64,000 bases of DNA from Styela clava (taxonomy: Eukaryota): positions 10,168,001 to 10,232,000 of the forward strand of contig NC_135262.1 in NCBI RefSeq assembly GCF_964204865.1, in the 5' to 3' direction. A model generated the notes under the pieces. That model saw nothing but the letters and a program-made list of their open reading frames with translations. It ran no database searches and was not told the DNA's origin. Position 1 is the first letter of the stretch, and each line of letters opens with the position of its first letter. The position numbers and the translations under genes were made by a program. Below, piece by piece: positions 14,701-28,028 of this stretch.

Positions 14701-17700
14701 CAGACTAGCTTATCATAAACGTAATAATATTACAGGTTCCCTTTGGACTGTCTATGGATCAAAAAACTTTGTTCGTTACTGATTGGGGAACAGGAGCAGT
14801 GTCCGAAATTGATGTTAATACTGGAATCATGAAACCAATAGCAAAAGGAATTGGTAAACCAACAGGGATCGTAAGGGCGAGCTTAAATCCTAAGAAAAAA
14901 TGTAAGTAAATTTATTGTTCGCTCAGTATAGATCTCTAGCGGTGAATTTTGGAAAATTGGTTCAGTGTTAGGGACTCTGCTTTGTGTTAACTCGCATAAC
15001 ATTTATTGTTCAGATAAGAATGACTGCATGAAAGGTAAAAAGTGTAGTCACGTGTGCGTTCCGGTTGATCAAGATTATTCATCGTGTTTGTGCCCAGATA
15101 ATATTGGAAAAGCGATGTCAGAAAATGATTTCGACTGTGTCGGTATGGAACATACTAGTGTTACAAAACTTCCTATTATTTCTCAGTTTTGTTTTTTCAC
15201 ACTGACGTATCGATATATAAACTTCTTTTTTCAAGCAGTGGTACTCAATTCACTGCCCATTTATATTTCAGCTCCTGATCGTTTCGTCTTAATTGCCGAT
15301 GTGAATAAAATTCTCATGATAAGCGACAGTCCAGATGATCCATCAACTTATATGGTTGTTCGTACATTCGATGATTACAGCAACATAGTCGCAATTGCTT
15401 TCGATCCTATCACACATTATGTGTATTGGGCAGACAATGGACGACAAAGGATCTGTCGTAAAATGTTGGGATCCCCATTAGCTGGCGACGGTGGTACGAC
15501 AAAGGACATAGAAGTGATATATACAGAAATAGGTAAGTGTATTTATCACCGATTTATTCACCGACTCCAACGAGTATTATCAATAATATTAAAAATCAGA
15601 CGATAACAAAATTGATAAGCAGTAAGCACCCCACACCACCGCCGCAATCAATGCAAACAAAAAGCCTCTGATTCACATAAAATTTCGATCTGTATTTTAA
15701 ATGATAATAATGTATGTGGTTCAAACCAGTCTACCCTATTTTTTATATCACGTTTGAGCTTAGACATTGGGCAATAGGTTTGAACCCGATATCTTTAAAC
15801 TGCTATGATTCAATGTAACAAAATTAATTTTCATAGCAAAATAGCTACTTTAAACCCAAATTTCCAACCCAAATATGGATTGTTTTCGCTGAGATTAGAC
15901 GGTTGGAAATCCTATCTTAGCTAAAGTTAAAAAACGTTTTTCAATTACCCTATTTTTTCTGATTTTTAATACAGCATTGCACCTAAAAAAGTAAAACCAC
16001 TTATGACTAGTTTGAACCGGTTGTGGTCCCGAGCGCCATCTAATCAAAACTGCGTTTTATATATATGTACCGATACGTGTTTCAATCATGATTGTTAAAT
16101 CATATTTGCTCACTCATATTCAGAAATGGTTGAAGGAATGGCTTTAGATCCGGACAATCGACTCCTATATTGGACAGATGGGGGACTGGGTACAATAGAA
16201 ATGATGGATCTCAGTGGTATGACACATGCTACAGTACACGAACAATTGAATAATCCGAGGGCGATTACTTTGGACTCTAGCATGGGGTAGGTGAACATTT
16301 AGAATAAAAAAGATATAGCACACTGTACACTGTAGGAAGTACATTGTAAAAACGGTTTTTAGATCTGTCGATCATTTCTATTATGTGTGATTTACTAATT
16401 GTTCTTCCTGGCCCGAGTCATTTCATTTAAATGAATCGAGTCACTTCGATTTTGATAAATGCTGACTTGAGTTGCCGAATCAATGTTTTGAGCACTGCAT
16501 GCTTCTTCAAGCTAATGTTCGTTAGAAACGCGAAAAAGGTGGAGGTCAAAATGAAACAAGAGCCCATTTTAGATCTACCGTTTTGCAATTTAATGTCAAC
16601 TCCGATGTTTGTTTCAGGGTAATATACTGGACAGAATGGGGCAGAGCTGCAATGTTGATGTCGTCGCGGATGAATGGTTACGATCCCCGCCCTCTAATTA
16701 CGACTGATTTGAAATGGCCAAACGGACTTTATTATGACGTAGACGAAGACAAAATTTATGTTGCTGATGGCGCAAAATTGAAATTACAATCAATTTCTGC
16801 TATTTCTAGATCTTACAATAATTTCGGTAGGAAACATATTATTGCAACATTGATTGTATGCTGTAGTTTTGAAAAAGTTATTTAAAAAACCTGAATTTTA
16901 TAAAACAAGGACAATATTCTGAAATTAATTTGAAATATAAATCTATTCTCATTTTTATTTAGAGATTACTTTCCATTAAAATTGTACACAAACTAATCTC
17001 TATCCTTCTCTCTCTATCACTCAATAGGTGTCGACATACTTGACTTTATTGATCTCAATGGAACCGTGGAGCATTTATTCGGACTAGGGAAAATGGGAGC
17101 TCACTTGCTGTTTACGGATTGGGAAACGGGAACGTTGTATAAAAGAGGATTGCTGGAATCTTCTGTTCTCGTTACAAACCTTACTAGGCCGACACAGATT
17201 TATACTCATTTTTCAGCATATAGACCGGAAAGTAAGAATAACACAACATTTCTTTTTTACTTATAAAGTGTTTCTGGATATACTGGCGTTATTACGTTAA
17301 AGTTTTAAATGGAATGGATATAATTTTGTTTTAGTTAAAAGTCAATGCAGTACAGCCATCCACGATTGCAGTCATATATGTGTACCAAGTGCTGGAAGTT
17401 ACAGATGCTTATGTCCGGACCATCTCGTATTGGCAAACAACTTGAAAAACTGCGTAAGACGTGAGTGTAATATTAAGGAATTGGCCACGCTCCAGTGAAC
17501 ACTTTTTGCAGAATATTCTGCAATTCAAAAATCTATATAAAGTACACGCATGTCAGATCTTTGATGCATTCACTTGTGTTTTTTTTTTTATATTTTCCAA
17601 TTTTACTCAATTCAGCTGAAAATTTGCATCTTTACACGACGACGCTTGAACCACCCGTTACTATTGATGAAGACTTAACAACCATGGCATGGGGAGATGA

Positions 17701-20700
17701 GTTTACAGAAGCAATGGAATTCGAGGAAGAAAGAACTTTGCGAGTAAGTCTAGAGCTGGATACTGGTACGGTTTAGAAGACGAATCGCTCGTTCGTTTAT
17801 AGAAAAACTTAATGCCAGAATAACCTAATCGAAAGGGTTTCAAACGACGCTTTGGAATAAACGTTTTACCTTAATGTCCGATATGGCATGTTCAACTTTA
17901 ATGTTAATTTTAATGGGTTTGATCATTTTATGTTTACGTCTTGTAAATACCCCAATACAAGAAATACTTTGGGATATTTTTTACTATGCTTTAGATTTTT
18001 TCACTCCGAACAATTCTATTTGAAAGAACTGGAATGTTTCCGAATCGTCATTGTTAACCAAATTTATTATATTCTGATGATGTTGTGGGCATATGGGATT
18101 TGAAATCGAAAACAATTTTTATACAATTCAGATTGTATTAAAAATATTAAATTTCACTTTTCAGTTGGAGAGATTACCGGAAGTTACAACTGTTGCTAAC
18201 ACAACAGCGATAATGACAACAACAATATACATGGAAACTGCGACAACACCAGAACCTACCACCGCTACACAGGCCACGACAACAAGTACAAACATAATCA
18301 AAGTTAATTTAGATAAAATGAAACTTAATGCTCAATAATTAGGTTTAATGATAATTTTGTGTTAGTTATATGTTACGGTATCAACAGCATATTGATGCCT
18401 TTATCGACGATGGGATGTCGATGAACTGCTTGTTTGTCAACCTTTGTTTAAAATATAATCTTTATGGAACTGTCGGTGACAAACTGCGCTGTACAAATTC
18501 ATTTCTGTACGATATATTATTGAAAAATATTTTCCTATTTTAGCACTACCTCCTCTGCCGCGTTTCCCACTATGTATGGAGCTCCTGAGCAACGAAACTG
18601 CACTTTTCACTATTTCTATACCTGAAGATGAAGGCTTCATTGAAATAAATGCAAATCTTCTGAGTCTTCGTGCCTTGAATATTGCTGATAAAGATTTGAA
18701 TGTTACATTAGTGAATACACAATACTCAAAAGTATACCCAGGAGTTCATAATATACAATTCAAAGCTACGGACAGATATAACAGAAGTATATACTGTAAC
18801 ACTACGGTTACAGTCAAAGGTAATTGTACAAATTTTAATATTCGCAATTAGATATATTTTACCAAAATTGGAATGTTTATAATTGTAATAAATACTTCGA
18901 ACCCCCAATATGATAAAGTGTAAAGCTACAGATAAAATAAACCTCGTTTTATAAATTCAGATGTAACGCCGCCAAAAATACTCTACTGCCCCAGCGACTT
19001 GGATGTCGAAGCGTATGACGATGGAAAAACAACTTTTGTTACTTGGATGGAACCAAAGTTTGAAGACAACACCGGAGTAACACCAATCGTTGTAAACACC
19101 CACAAACCAGGACAATTTATGGACGGCATTCATACAGTCGAATATACGGCTTACGATACTGCAGGGAATTCAATCGTCTGCTCTTTCATGGTAGCTGTAA
19201 TGCACAGAAGTGAGTGTTTAATAATTACGTTTGATTACGATATGATGCCGTCGAACCGTAAAATGGAAATATTTTTATTATATGACGTAATTTAATGACT
19301 TCATATTCTTGCATTGCAATACTTAAATATCAATTCAATGAATTCAAATGATTAAAAATCTTAATTAGCTATTTCAAAATTATTATGTTTGCGACATCAC
19401 TTCTTATTAGGTATTTATTACGTCATAATTTCTATTGTTCAGGTGCCCGCTGCGGTAGTCCATGGGTACCTCCAAACAGTTACCTCACATGCCATTCTGA
19501 TATGGTTACCGGTGATCAAGTTTGCCAAATAACATGCCAAGATGGATACAGTTTATCTCTGAAAACTCCGATAATAAAATGTCGTCATGATCTGGATAAA
19601 TATTCGATCGACTGGCTGCCATTTTTGGATGACAACGTTTGTAAATGTGAGAATATATTATAGCTATTTATAAGAATGTATTGTACGGAAAAAACTGCAT
19701 TCCTGCCTGGCATAGTGCTGCACTTTAATACATGACCTTTAGCCTATCTTAGCTCAAGATGCAATCAAACAGAACTGACACAATCATAAAAATATAGTTT
19801 CGGTTAAGATTACTCTGCCAATCAGATTAAAATACTGATGCAATTGTTGTACTGTTTCGAAAAAACAAATGACCCGCACAATCGTTAAAGTACATTATAC
19901 GAATCTTGCACCAATTTCCAAAAAATATTGAATTTCGTTATTTAATAAAATCTTACATTTGTAATAAGCACAAGTGTAGTGAACATTCATCATTGTACAA
20001 TTTGCGACCATGGTTTCGGTTTATTTCGTGTCGAATCGTCGGGGAATTAACTTGGAGTTTATGATTTTTAAGTATGTCTTAATTAACTTTCATATTTCAC
20101 TTGTCAGTGCCTGCAATTGGTAACCCTCAACAAGTTATTACACTTCAATATCCATGTCCATGTCGACCAACGTCTACATTCTATGAATATACTTATCAAA
20201 TTATGGCTCGGAGACTGAGAGACGCTGTTAGTTGTATGACAAGACAATATTCTCTCGGTCTATGTATCAACGCTGAGAAAAAGATGTTTTTGGAATGCGT
20301 GAATGCTTCTACAGTAGAACTTGTTATAAAGGTGAGAGAAACTTAAAAAAAGATTGTCTGTGAAGATTTAATGACAGGTATGCATTTAATGATGTTGGTG
20401 AATATGTGACAAACACTGCTTTGAGTGGATCTACCTTGCCGTTTACTGCTGGAGACGTCGGTGAAGGCCCCATTAAAATTGAAACTATATATTAATTTTT
20501 GTTCAATTTCACATACTCAATTTTGGGGTCATATTATGATTCCACAACAAACTGAATTACTTTCTCTATAATAATTATAGACACCAAATTTAAAAATACC
20601 TAATTCTCGGTTTCTCCCAAAAATCTTGTAAATTGTAAATTGAATTTCTTACTCGTTAACGAAAGCATAATGAACTTAAATAGACAATGTTAATAAAAAA

Positions 20701-23700
20701 TAAGTGTAAATAGTAAATTTCAAGCAGAAATATGCTTAATAAAATGCTTACTTCAAATGTCTATGATAAAACAGGTCGACTTGGCAAAACTGGACGAGGT
20801 TTCCACTATATCAGAAGCAAGAAGAATCGTAAAACGTTCCGTTACTGAGATTTTAGACAAAGCCGTTGGAGGAGAATTCCAAGCAAGAGGTTCAGACATG
20901 AAGGATTATTCGGCTAGTGAAGAAGCGAAATTGAGCGACATGAATGTTTTATGTAAAAAAGGTTTTAAAGGAGTTAAAGATGGTTGTGGTAAGAATAAAA
21001 ATTTTCTTCTTTCTCAGAATTCTAAAAAATTACCACTGCTATAATACAAAATTATTCATATGAAATCAAATATGGCGATGACGTCTTAGGTTACTGACGT
21101 CATATGCTTATGAAATATGACTTGTATTTTTACAGTCCAATGTCCGCGGGGAACTTACTGGCACGAGGGCGACTGTGAGTTTTGTCCTTTGCATACATTC
21201 CAAGAAAAAACAGGAACACCGCAATGTATTGAATGCGCTGATGGAACTGGAACAAGAAACATTGGATCTACTCATAGATCGCATTGTAAGTTAAAAAAAA
21301 ACATAGTACAGAAATTTGTCTATGAAACAGCGTAAGACTTGATTACAGAAAATATGGTTTTCTACATCTTTTTTCGGACCGAGGTCATTGATAAAAATAT
21401 ATGAAGCTGCAATTATTTGATCGTAGTTGAATGTGATAAGTAAGGATGCCAAGTATGAGTACTTACAAGTATTCGATTCTTATCCAATTCCTAAATTTTC
21501 GATTCCGATTCTCGATTCCGAATCTCGATTCCTCGACATATCTTACCGAAAACACATACTCACCTAAGCAATACCATATGAAATCAAACAAGAGCACGAT
21601 GTTCAAATTCTGGACTGCCAAGAAGGCCGAAACTAAGTGGTATGGGTATCCAATCTGTCACAGGAGACAAAATCGCACAAAAAAACGAATCCCTCAGAAC
21701 CCACAGAGATATTTAAAATAAATAAACGTTAAAGCCTTCTATCGAAATATTATATATTATATATAGTGAAGTTTGCGTTGTCGTAGCAACTCAACATAGC
21801 AGTGAAGCAGTTTATACATATATGTGAAGAAATTGCCACAAAACTTTACACGTTCTTTTCAATCCAAGTTTTAACCTCGAGAATCGATTCCAATGCATCG
21901 GAATCGATTCTAGTCGATTCCGCAAAGAATCGATTCTGTAATCGAATCCGGACTCGATTCCGCCATCCCTAGTGATAAGTAGTGATTTACTATTTTTGAA
22001 ACGATAACATATTACCTACCCAATTTATCACACTCTGGGTAAGGTTTTGGCAAGGGCTTAATCCCGAGATTTCTATTTTGTGACTCAGCCATAGTTAATA
22101 ATACTTTTAAACGCTAACTCCAAAGTTATGCTTAAAACGCATTTTGCACAAGATTCCACAATTATATTTCTTGTTTTTTACAACAGGTGTGAAAATGGTC
22201 AGACAAGAAGAGATCGGCCAACCGAGCGTAATTTTAATCGTCTCTTTAGCTGTGGGTGGCGTTGTTTTAATCGCAGTTATTTTCTCTATTCTTGCTGCTT
22301 GCTGGTTTAAACGAAAACGAAGAAAGCAGATTGAAAAAGAAGCAGCAGAGGCTGCCAGAAAAAAGAGAAGGGTGTGCGCCATAGACAAAATATGTTAAAA
22401 TATAAAGTAGTTATATGCAGCTTTCTAAATCTTCATCCACGATTTCTACTTGTCTAAAGTCTTTTTAAAGTCGATACATCTCATAAAATAATATTTTTTT
22501 TTATTTTGCTAAACTTGTGTTTTTTCAGTTATATTTCGACAATATGTGTTACTTTTATATACCGATTCATTTAAAGCAAATTATCTACCACCCTTTGTAT
22601 TTCAATCGCTGCATTAAATTTAATATGAAATATATAGCCTTAGACTACGTTTTCATTATGAAAAATATTTCATTGCAGGCGCGTCGTCGGCGAAGTAGTG
22701 CTAGCAGCAACCAAGCCTCGATTGGAGTCGTTCCTGTTCAGGGTGCACCACCCGAACAGGGACAAGAAATTCGGACTATAAGTCGAGAATTAGATAACGA
22801 ATTCGAATCTGGGGATATGAGTAACAGTAGAACGACCTCCAGAAGAAGTGGAACTTCGTCTGGGAAACGAGTCACAATTAAAGAAGAGACAATAGAGCAT
22901 AGTATACCACATAGAGAAGAAACAATTCCGCATAAAGGTTCGTGTTTGATTACGCTGTTAGGGCTACTGTTATGAGAATCTCAGATTTTATGGAAGGAGG
23001 CTATAGTTTTTTAGTTCTTAGTTAGCTTTGATATATGTTATCTTATACCTATAAACTCATCCTTGCCATGGAAAGCAATATACGTAAAACTTAACGAAAG
23101 ATTTAAACCATAGTTTAGTTGTTGAATGCTTGATAAAATTTTAAAAAAGTAATATACAAAATTTAATTCAATTTAATACCAATTTTGATTTGTCAGAATC
23201 TTTCTGTGAAATACTATGATATCTGACCCAAACTTGACGACGCTTTAAAACATTCATACAGTGTGACTAAAAACAACATTGTTAATTACTATTACCAAAA
23301 TGAAAAAAAATTATTTAGCGTTCGATGTTATGTAGTTTTTTGTGTGATGAACCAAAAGTTTCAGCAATCTGAGACGTTTTGCACAAAAGTTATGTTCTCT
23401 CTACAATATGTTCTAAAGCTAAACGAATTTTTGGTCTGTCATCCTGTAAATAAATGCATATCTAAACAACATCTTATACATATAAGTTCTCCTTTTTTTT
23501 ATCAGCTGACCCCAAACCGATCGAACCGAGTTGGCGTATGGCTCTTGTAATGAGAAACACAGCAGGAATGAAAAAGAACATCAATAAAATGAAAAAACCT
23601 CCAAAATCAGTATCTTCGGTCACAACTGATGACACAAGAAGTGAAACAAGCGCAAATGATTCAGCGACAGAAGGAACAACGGAAGCGGAAGAAGAAAGAT

Positions 23701-25552
23701 CTCAAGTATGATTTATTTGATCGTTATGACTTCAATTACCCAGGTTTTATGATTGATCCCATTCCAACCCCATATTCCACCGTTCGTTCATTTTCTACAC
23801 TTTTCAAAAAAGATTATCACGAAATTCTCATTTTAAGCAAAATCTATTTCCATAGATGTCGGCTACACAAAGTGAAGCGGAAACCGATAAGACACTGACC
23901 GACGGACAAACAACAGACGGAGAGACTACAATCAGAACAGACACCGAGACATCTGTAGGTGCTTCCGAGTCCGATGCATCGACAATACGAAAAAGCAGAC
24001 GTTTGATGTCAAGTACAAGTGATTTAGGTGACGAAACAATGAGTATGACGTCAGGAAATTCCTCACGTGCGACGACGCCTATAAAAGGAGTTTTAAAAAA
24101 ACCGAAACGGCTTGTTTCAATGGACGACTCAGTCGCTTTTACGGCTGATTCAACGTTCTCAAACACACTGGAAAATGTAAGATATGCCTCTGTACACTCT
24201 CGCTATCACCCTCACTCTTTCGTCCTACCTAATTGCTTTTATATTTATAATTCACAGGCACGAATGTCAGGAGATACTCGAGGGAGAAACAATTTGCGTC
24301 GAAGTCAAAGGCAAAGCGGTCGGAGAAGCGTTTCTCCACAGCAAGGTACAGAATACCGTTTTTTATTCTTCAATTAGGATAAGATAGGATTTACATATTT
24401 ATCCCTGGGAGAGGAAAGTCGATTATACGGCTTAACCATATGGCAATCCACGGCCTCTCGTCCGGTTACCATTCCATGTAGGGTATGGGATTAGTTGGGT
24501 ATTCGTTTTCGGAAGCATGGACTTGATCACAAAATAGAGGATAAAAATATTGTTTTATTTTACAGCTGGAAACAAACAACCTCTCGGTATGCGTCGCTCA
24601 GTTAGTGTCGATAGGGGCCCAATTGGTGTCGGTGCACACAAAATGTTCGACCGTGACAGAGATCCAAGATTCCATACGATGGGACACCGACCTGGAGCTC
24701 CAATGCCACCAAGACCTGGTGGGCCAATGCCCGGACAGCAACCTATATTTCCGCCAGGAGTTCGACCAAGATTTATGGGAGGTCCTAGATTGATGACCAG
24801 ACCTCCTCCAGGAGCAGTTATATATCAGCATCCCAACCATCCAAACATGAGAATGGCGTTTGTGCCTATGAATCCAGGTAAATTGAATGAGTATAATTTA
24901 TTAAAAATTAGAACGAGTACGTTTATATTAATTCGAAAAAAAAAATGCTTTCAATTTTACCAGGTGCAAGACCAAGAATGCAGCCTGGTCGAATGCCTAT
25001 GCCGCCACCCTATGGTTACGATAGCACATCAGAATGGGATTCTATGTCTCAAGGTAAGAACTGATAATACGTTTGTGACGTATCAATGGGGTTCTATAAA
25101 TATGGTTCGAATCTACGACATTTCATCTGTCTTATAGAATGGTGGTTTCATTTGTATGACTGTTGCACCGTAAAACAGAACCGTTATGTGTTATGTTAAA
25201 TCTTTATCAACCCGATTAAATTTTTATCTAAACTTGCCTATTGTTATTCATCAATTTACTTCATTTTCCTATTTCACAGGTGGTAGTGATATTGACATGA
25301 GAAAACCTCCACGACACCGGATGCCCCCACCGGGTATGATGCCCGGATACCCAAGACCTGTTTACGGAAGGTAAGTTTGCGTGATGAAACGAAAACGCCA
25401 TAAAAATGCATCATTATAATGCCACGCCTTAACGTAATCTTACATATTTCAGGATGAGAATGCCGGTTGGAGAAATGATGCCACCCCCTCAGTATGGGGC
25501 TGGATACGCAGGGCCAAGACAGCCAAGATACCCTCCTGGACCCGGGTATTGA
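8760..25552 (+). CDS. Large type I membrane receptor: SP-FN1-3x(YWTD beta-propeller+EGF)-Thr-rich stalk-HYR-HYR-Sushi-linker-GCC2/GCC3-TM-long cytoplasmic tail; ~2100 aa, 37 exons
   Basis: A continuous frame runs through GT-AG exons: 8760-8853 (signal peptide), 9132-9254 (FN1), 9535-11053 (propeller 1, YWTD), 11351-11488 (EGF), 11797-14901 (propeller 2), 15014-15142 (EGF), 15272-17231 (propeller 3), 17335-17460 (EGF), 17616-18285 (stalk), 18544-19209 (HYR x2, DVTPPKILYCP), 19443-19646 (Sushi), 20108-20988 (linker), 21135-21285 (CPRGTY..C..CP..TFQ), 22188-22371 (TM then KRKRRK), and 22679-25552 (tail; TGA at 25550-25552). Confidence 0.88.
14343..14635 (-). repeat. Dispersed repeat family A copy (intronic)
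   Basis: Reverse complement matches 4628-4830 and 39780-40201, including the terminal GTGTCC.TATATTT...GCTCTCTTGTTT. Confidence 0.65.
21441..21971. mobile_element. Non-autonomous hAT (Ac-type) element, 531 bp, intronic
   Basis: Ends TAAGGATG / CATCCCTA. Perfect 8-bp TSD GTGATAAG (21433-21440 and 21972-21979) fits nTnnnnAn. Multiple subterminal GAATCGATTC/CGATTC repeats. Confidence 0.85.
24385..24525 (-). repeat. SINE-like family B, 3' fragment
   Basis: GGATAAGAT...CATATTTATCC motif shared with 56365-56530 and 31810-31890. Confidence 0.5.
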
Positions 25553-27059
25553 TACCCTATGCTCACAGCGTTTTGTCACACTCACACCGCATGAAAAATA
25601 TACAACTCAGTGACTCAAAATGAACGTCCAAAAATATATTTCAAACAAAATTTCCTTTTTTTAAATATCTAAATTAGAAACTCGCTGATAAACTCATTTT
25701 CTGAATATGAACTGATTTGATAATGAACATATTTTTTAAGAATAATTTATTAAACAAGTTATAATTTATAAATCATTGTTCTTTAATTATCATAATGCAT
25801 CACTGATGACCGGTTAACCTATCTCGGATAGTGATTGCTCATAAATACAAGAAAAATTATAGTTTATATATATTAGCTTCAAAATTTTGTGTTGCAATCT
25901 CCTTTGCTTTATATTGTTCTAAAGCTTTTATTGCCAAAATAAAGCGGAGTGAAATATATAGCTACAGAAGGGCAATGTGCGTATTTTTTCTGAAATGCAG
26001 ACCACTGAGTAGAATTTTCACTGTTGTTAGATTATATTAGTTGTTCAATCATTTTGAAGGGGCTTTGAAGTTGAGTTATAACTATAAAGTTGAAACCTAA
26101 ATATTAAATAAAATAGGAAATCAATGAGCACAACCACGAGTTTAAAATGCGTGCCTGCACTAATTAACCGAGAGGTGAAGCATTAACTGGCATCTCAGTT
26201 TAAAATCTCCAGTTCAAATCCCATTGTCACCACTTTACACAGGGTAGGCAATATCAGACAAAATCTTCCGGGATTTGAAGCCATGGTCCTTATCTAGCAG
26301 TGGTTGGTTGAGCAAAGCCTCGTTCAGAACAAATGGCTTTCAAGAAGTCGTATAAAAAATAACGCAGATTTGTAAAAATTGGTTTGTTTTGTTAGTATTT
26401 TAGAGCTCATACTTGACACAAAAAGTTTGTTTATTACATGAATCGTGTTAATAGAAGTTTTAATGAATCTCCCCGCCTAGGCCGAAATATTGTTTTTGTC
26501 AGAATCGATTCAAATAATTCACTATCTGATTCGAACTGAATTGCCCACCCTTAATGTACCGCATTAATTAGGCAAGTACAGAATTCAATTCCGATTGTTA
26601 CAGCAATATCTTAGACAGGCGATGGATGCCATTCCTCAGTCGTTCGTAATTTGAGAATTTATCAACTTTATATAGACGGTGCAATGTAACTCGATATCAA
26701 CTTTATTTCGGAATGTTGTTATCCATACCTGATTGAGTCACATAGAAAACCTAAACGTTTGAAATTACACTCGACGAATACTGGTTTCACTCTTAAAGTA
26801 AACTCATATATCCATTTTAAATGAAAAGAAATTGTAAATGTGTTTTATACATAGGTAAGACATAAAACACATAAAAAATGAGATATTTTCATCCGGACCG
26901 ATCGTGGTTATCAGTTATACTAATATATCAATACGATTAGGAGTATATTTTTGTACCAGGATTAAATAAATGTCAGCACACAGAGTCTCTATTATCAGCT
27001 GACCGCAGAATAACTAAATATAAAATGTAGCTGAAATTAACTATATTTACTTTGGATAG

Positions 27060-28028
27060 TATTCACCTCAATGTAATTATCAGTCGTAGTCATATGAGAG
27101 ACAGAAAAAGTCTAGTCACTCGCTGCTTCGAACAATCAGCCTCGGGGCATTGAGTTAAAGAAATAAGCTCATTTGGATGCGACAACCTTCGGTATGCTTT
27201 TAATTTATGTTCGTTAGTTTCATTTTGATATAACCTTCAGGCACAATTACAGTGTTTTGTAGTTTTGCTGTTGTCAGACAAATAACTGAACGAATAGGCT
27301 AGTGGTTTATAGTGAAAGAAAACACAAAATGCTTATGAGGATACAGAACTGTTTTACGGTAAGTCAAGAGTAACTTATTTGTGTAGTGGTCAGTTATAAC
27401 TGGGCTCATTTTCAGACACGAAATGGACCTATGGATCATTTTGTTGTTGCTCGAATTCCGAATGGAACACCAAATAAATTAAAAGCCGTTAAGTGTATCT
27501 GTAGTCAATTAAAATCAAGTTGCTATATTAGGTCACACGCATGAATTTCTTTAAAATCACTTACTAGCTTATGAATTTAGTTGAACCAAAACTTCTAATT
27601 TCAACAACAAATTTTGTCCCAATTTAAAAATTTAATGTGAATATAAAGTTTGAAATCGCTTTGCGATTAATTTAATGGTACATACGTTGACTGCCTTCAC
27701 ATTGTTAACAAATTTTCAATTAGGAACGGAAACTTAGCATCGTTTCTTTGTGAAAACGGAGAGGTAATTAAAAGCGCAAAGCGCATTAATGTAATAATTA
27801 TAATGCGTGGCAAATCTCAGTGTACACGACTAATATCTATATAATTTCTAGGACTTTCATTCGTAAAGTAATTCACAATAACGACTTTACAATAATAATT
27901 TGAGTCTTCAAAAATACGTGCAAAATCGAGGCCATCCATGGGGTATCTGACAAAGCTGGTCACCTGAGTTGACCACAAGAGAAATGGGTTATTGAAATTT
28001 CAAAATTTTATGATAGCGAAACTAGAGG
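27060..28028 (+). pseudogene. Chain of exon-like segments with in-frame stops, possibly a decayed Cys-rich Ly6/uPAR-like gene (tentative)
   Basis: AG..GT-bounded segments near 27060-27191, 27241-27358, 27416-27492, 27724-27763 and 27852-28027 read EISSFGCDNLR / HNYSVL*FCCCQTNN*TNRL... / TRNGPMDHFVVARIP... Several stops. Confidence 0.25.

Noticed and set aside
20378-20460. Possible extra exon (CAG|GTATGC...GTCG|GT)
   Set aside because: It gives a stop in the required phase. Exon 20108-20331 joins 20775 directly in phase 0.
21460-21965. GAATCGATTC repeats as a CRISPR-like or regulatory array
   Set aside because: They are irregularly spaced subterminal repeats of the hAT MITE, in a eukaryotic context.
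8760-25552. Calling the receptor LRP5/6 or LRP4
   Set aside because: It has only three propellers and no LDLa repeats, and I found no PPPSP or NPxY tail motifs. It also has extra FN1, HYR, Sushi and GCC domains, so no symbol was assigned.
23828-25585. Minus-strand ORFs 23828-24166, 24598-24840 and 25274-25585
   Set aside because: They are antisense shadows of low-complexity coding exons of the receptor.
26160-26340. tRNA gene (GTTCAAATCC B-box)
   Set aside because: No cloverleaf could be formed. It is more likely a decayed SINE head.
27241-27975. Selenoprotein or readthrough explanation for the in-frame TGA codons
   Set aside because: TAG and TAA stops also interrupt the frames, and I could not identify a SECIS.
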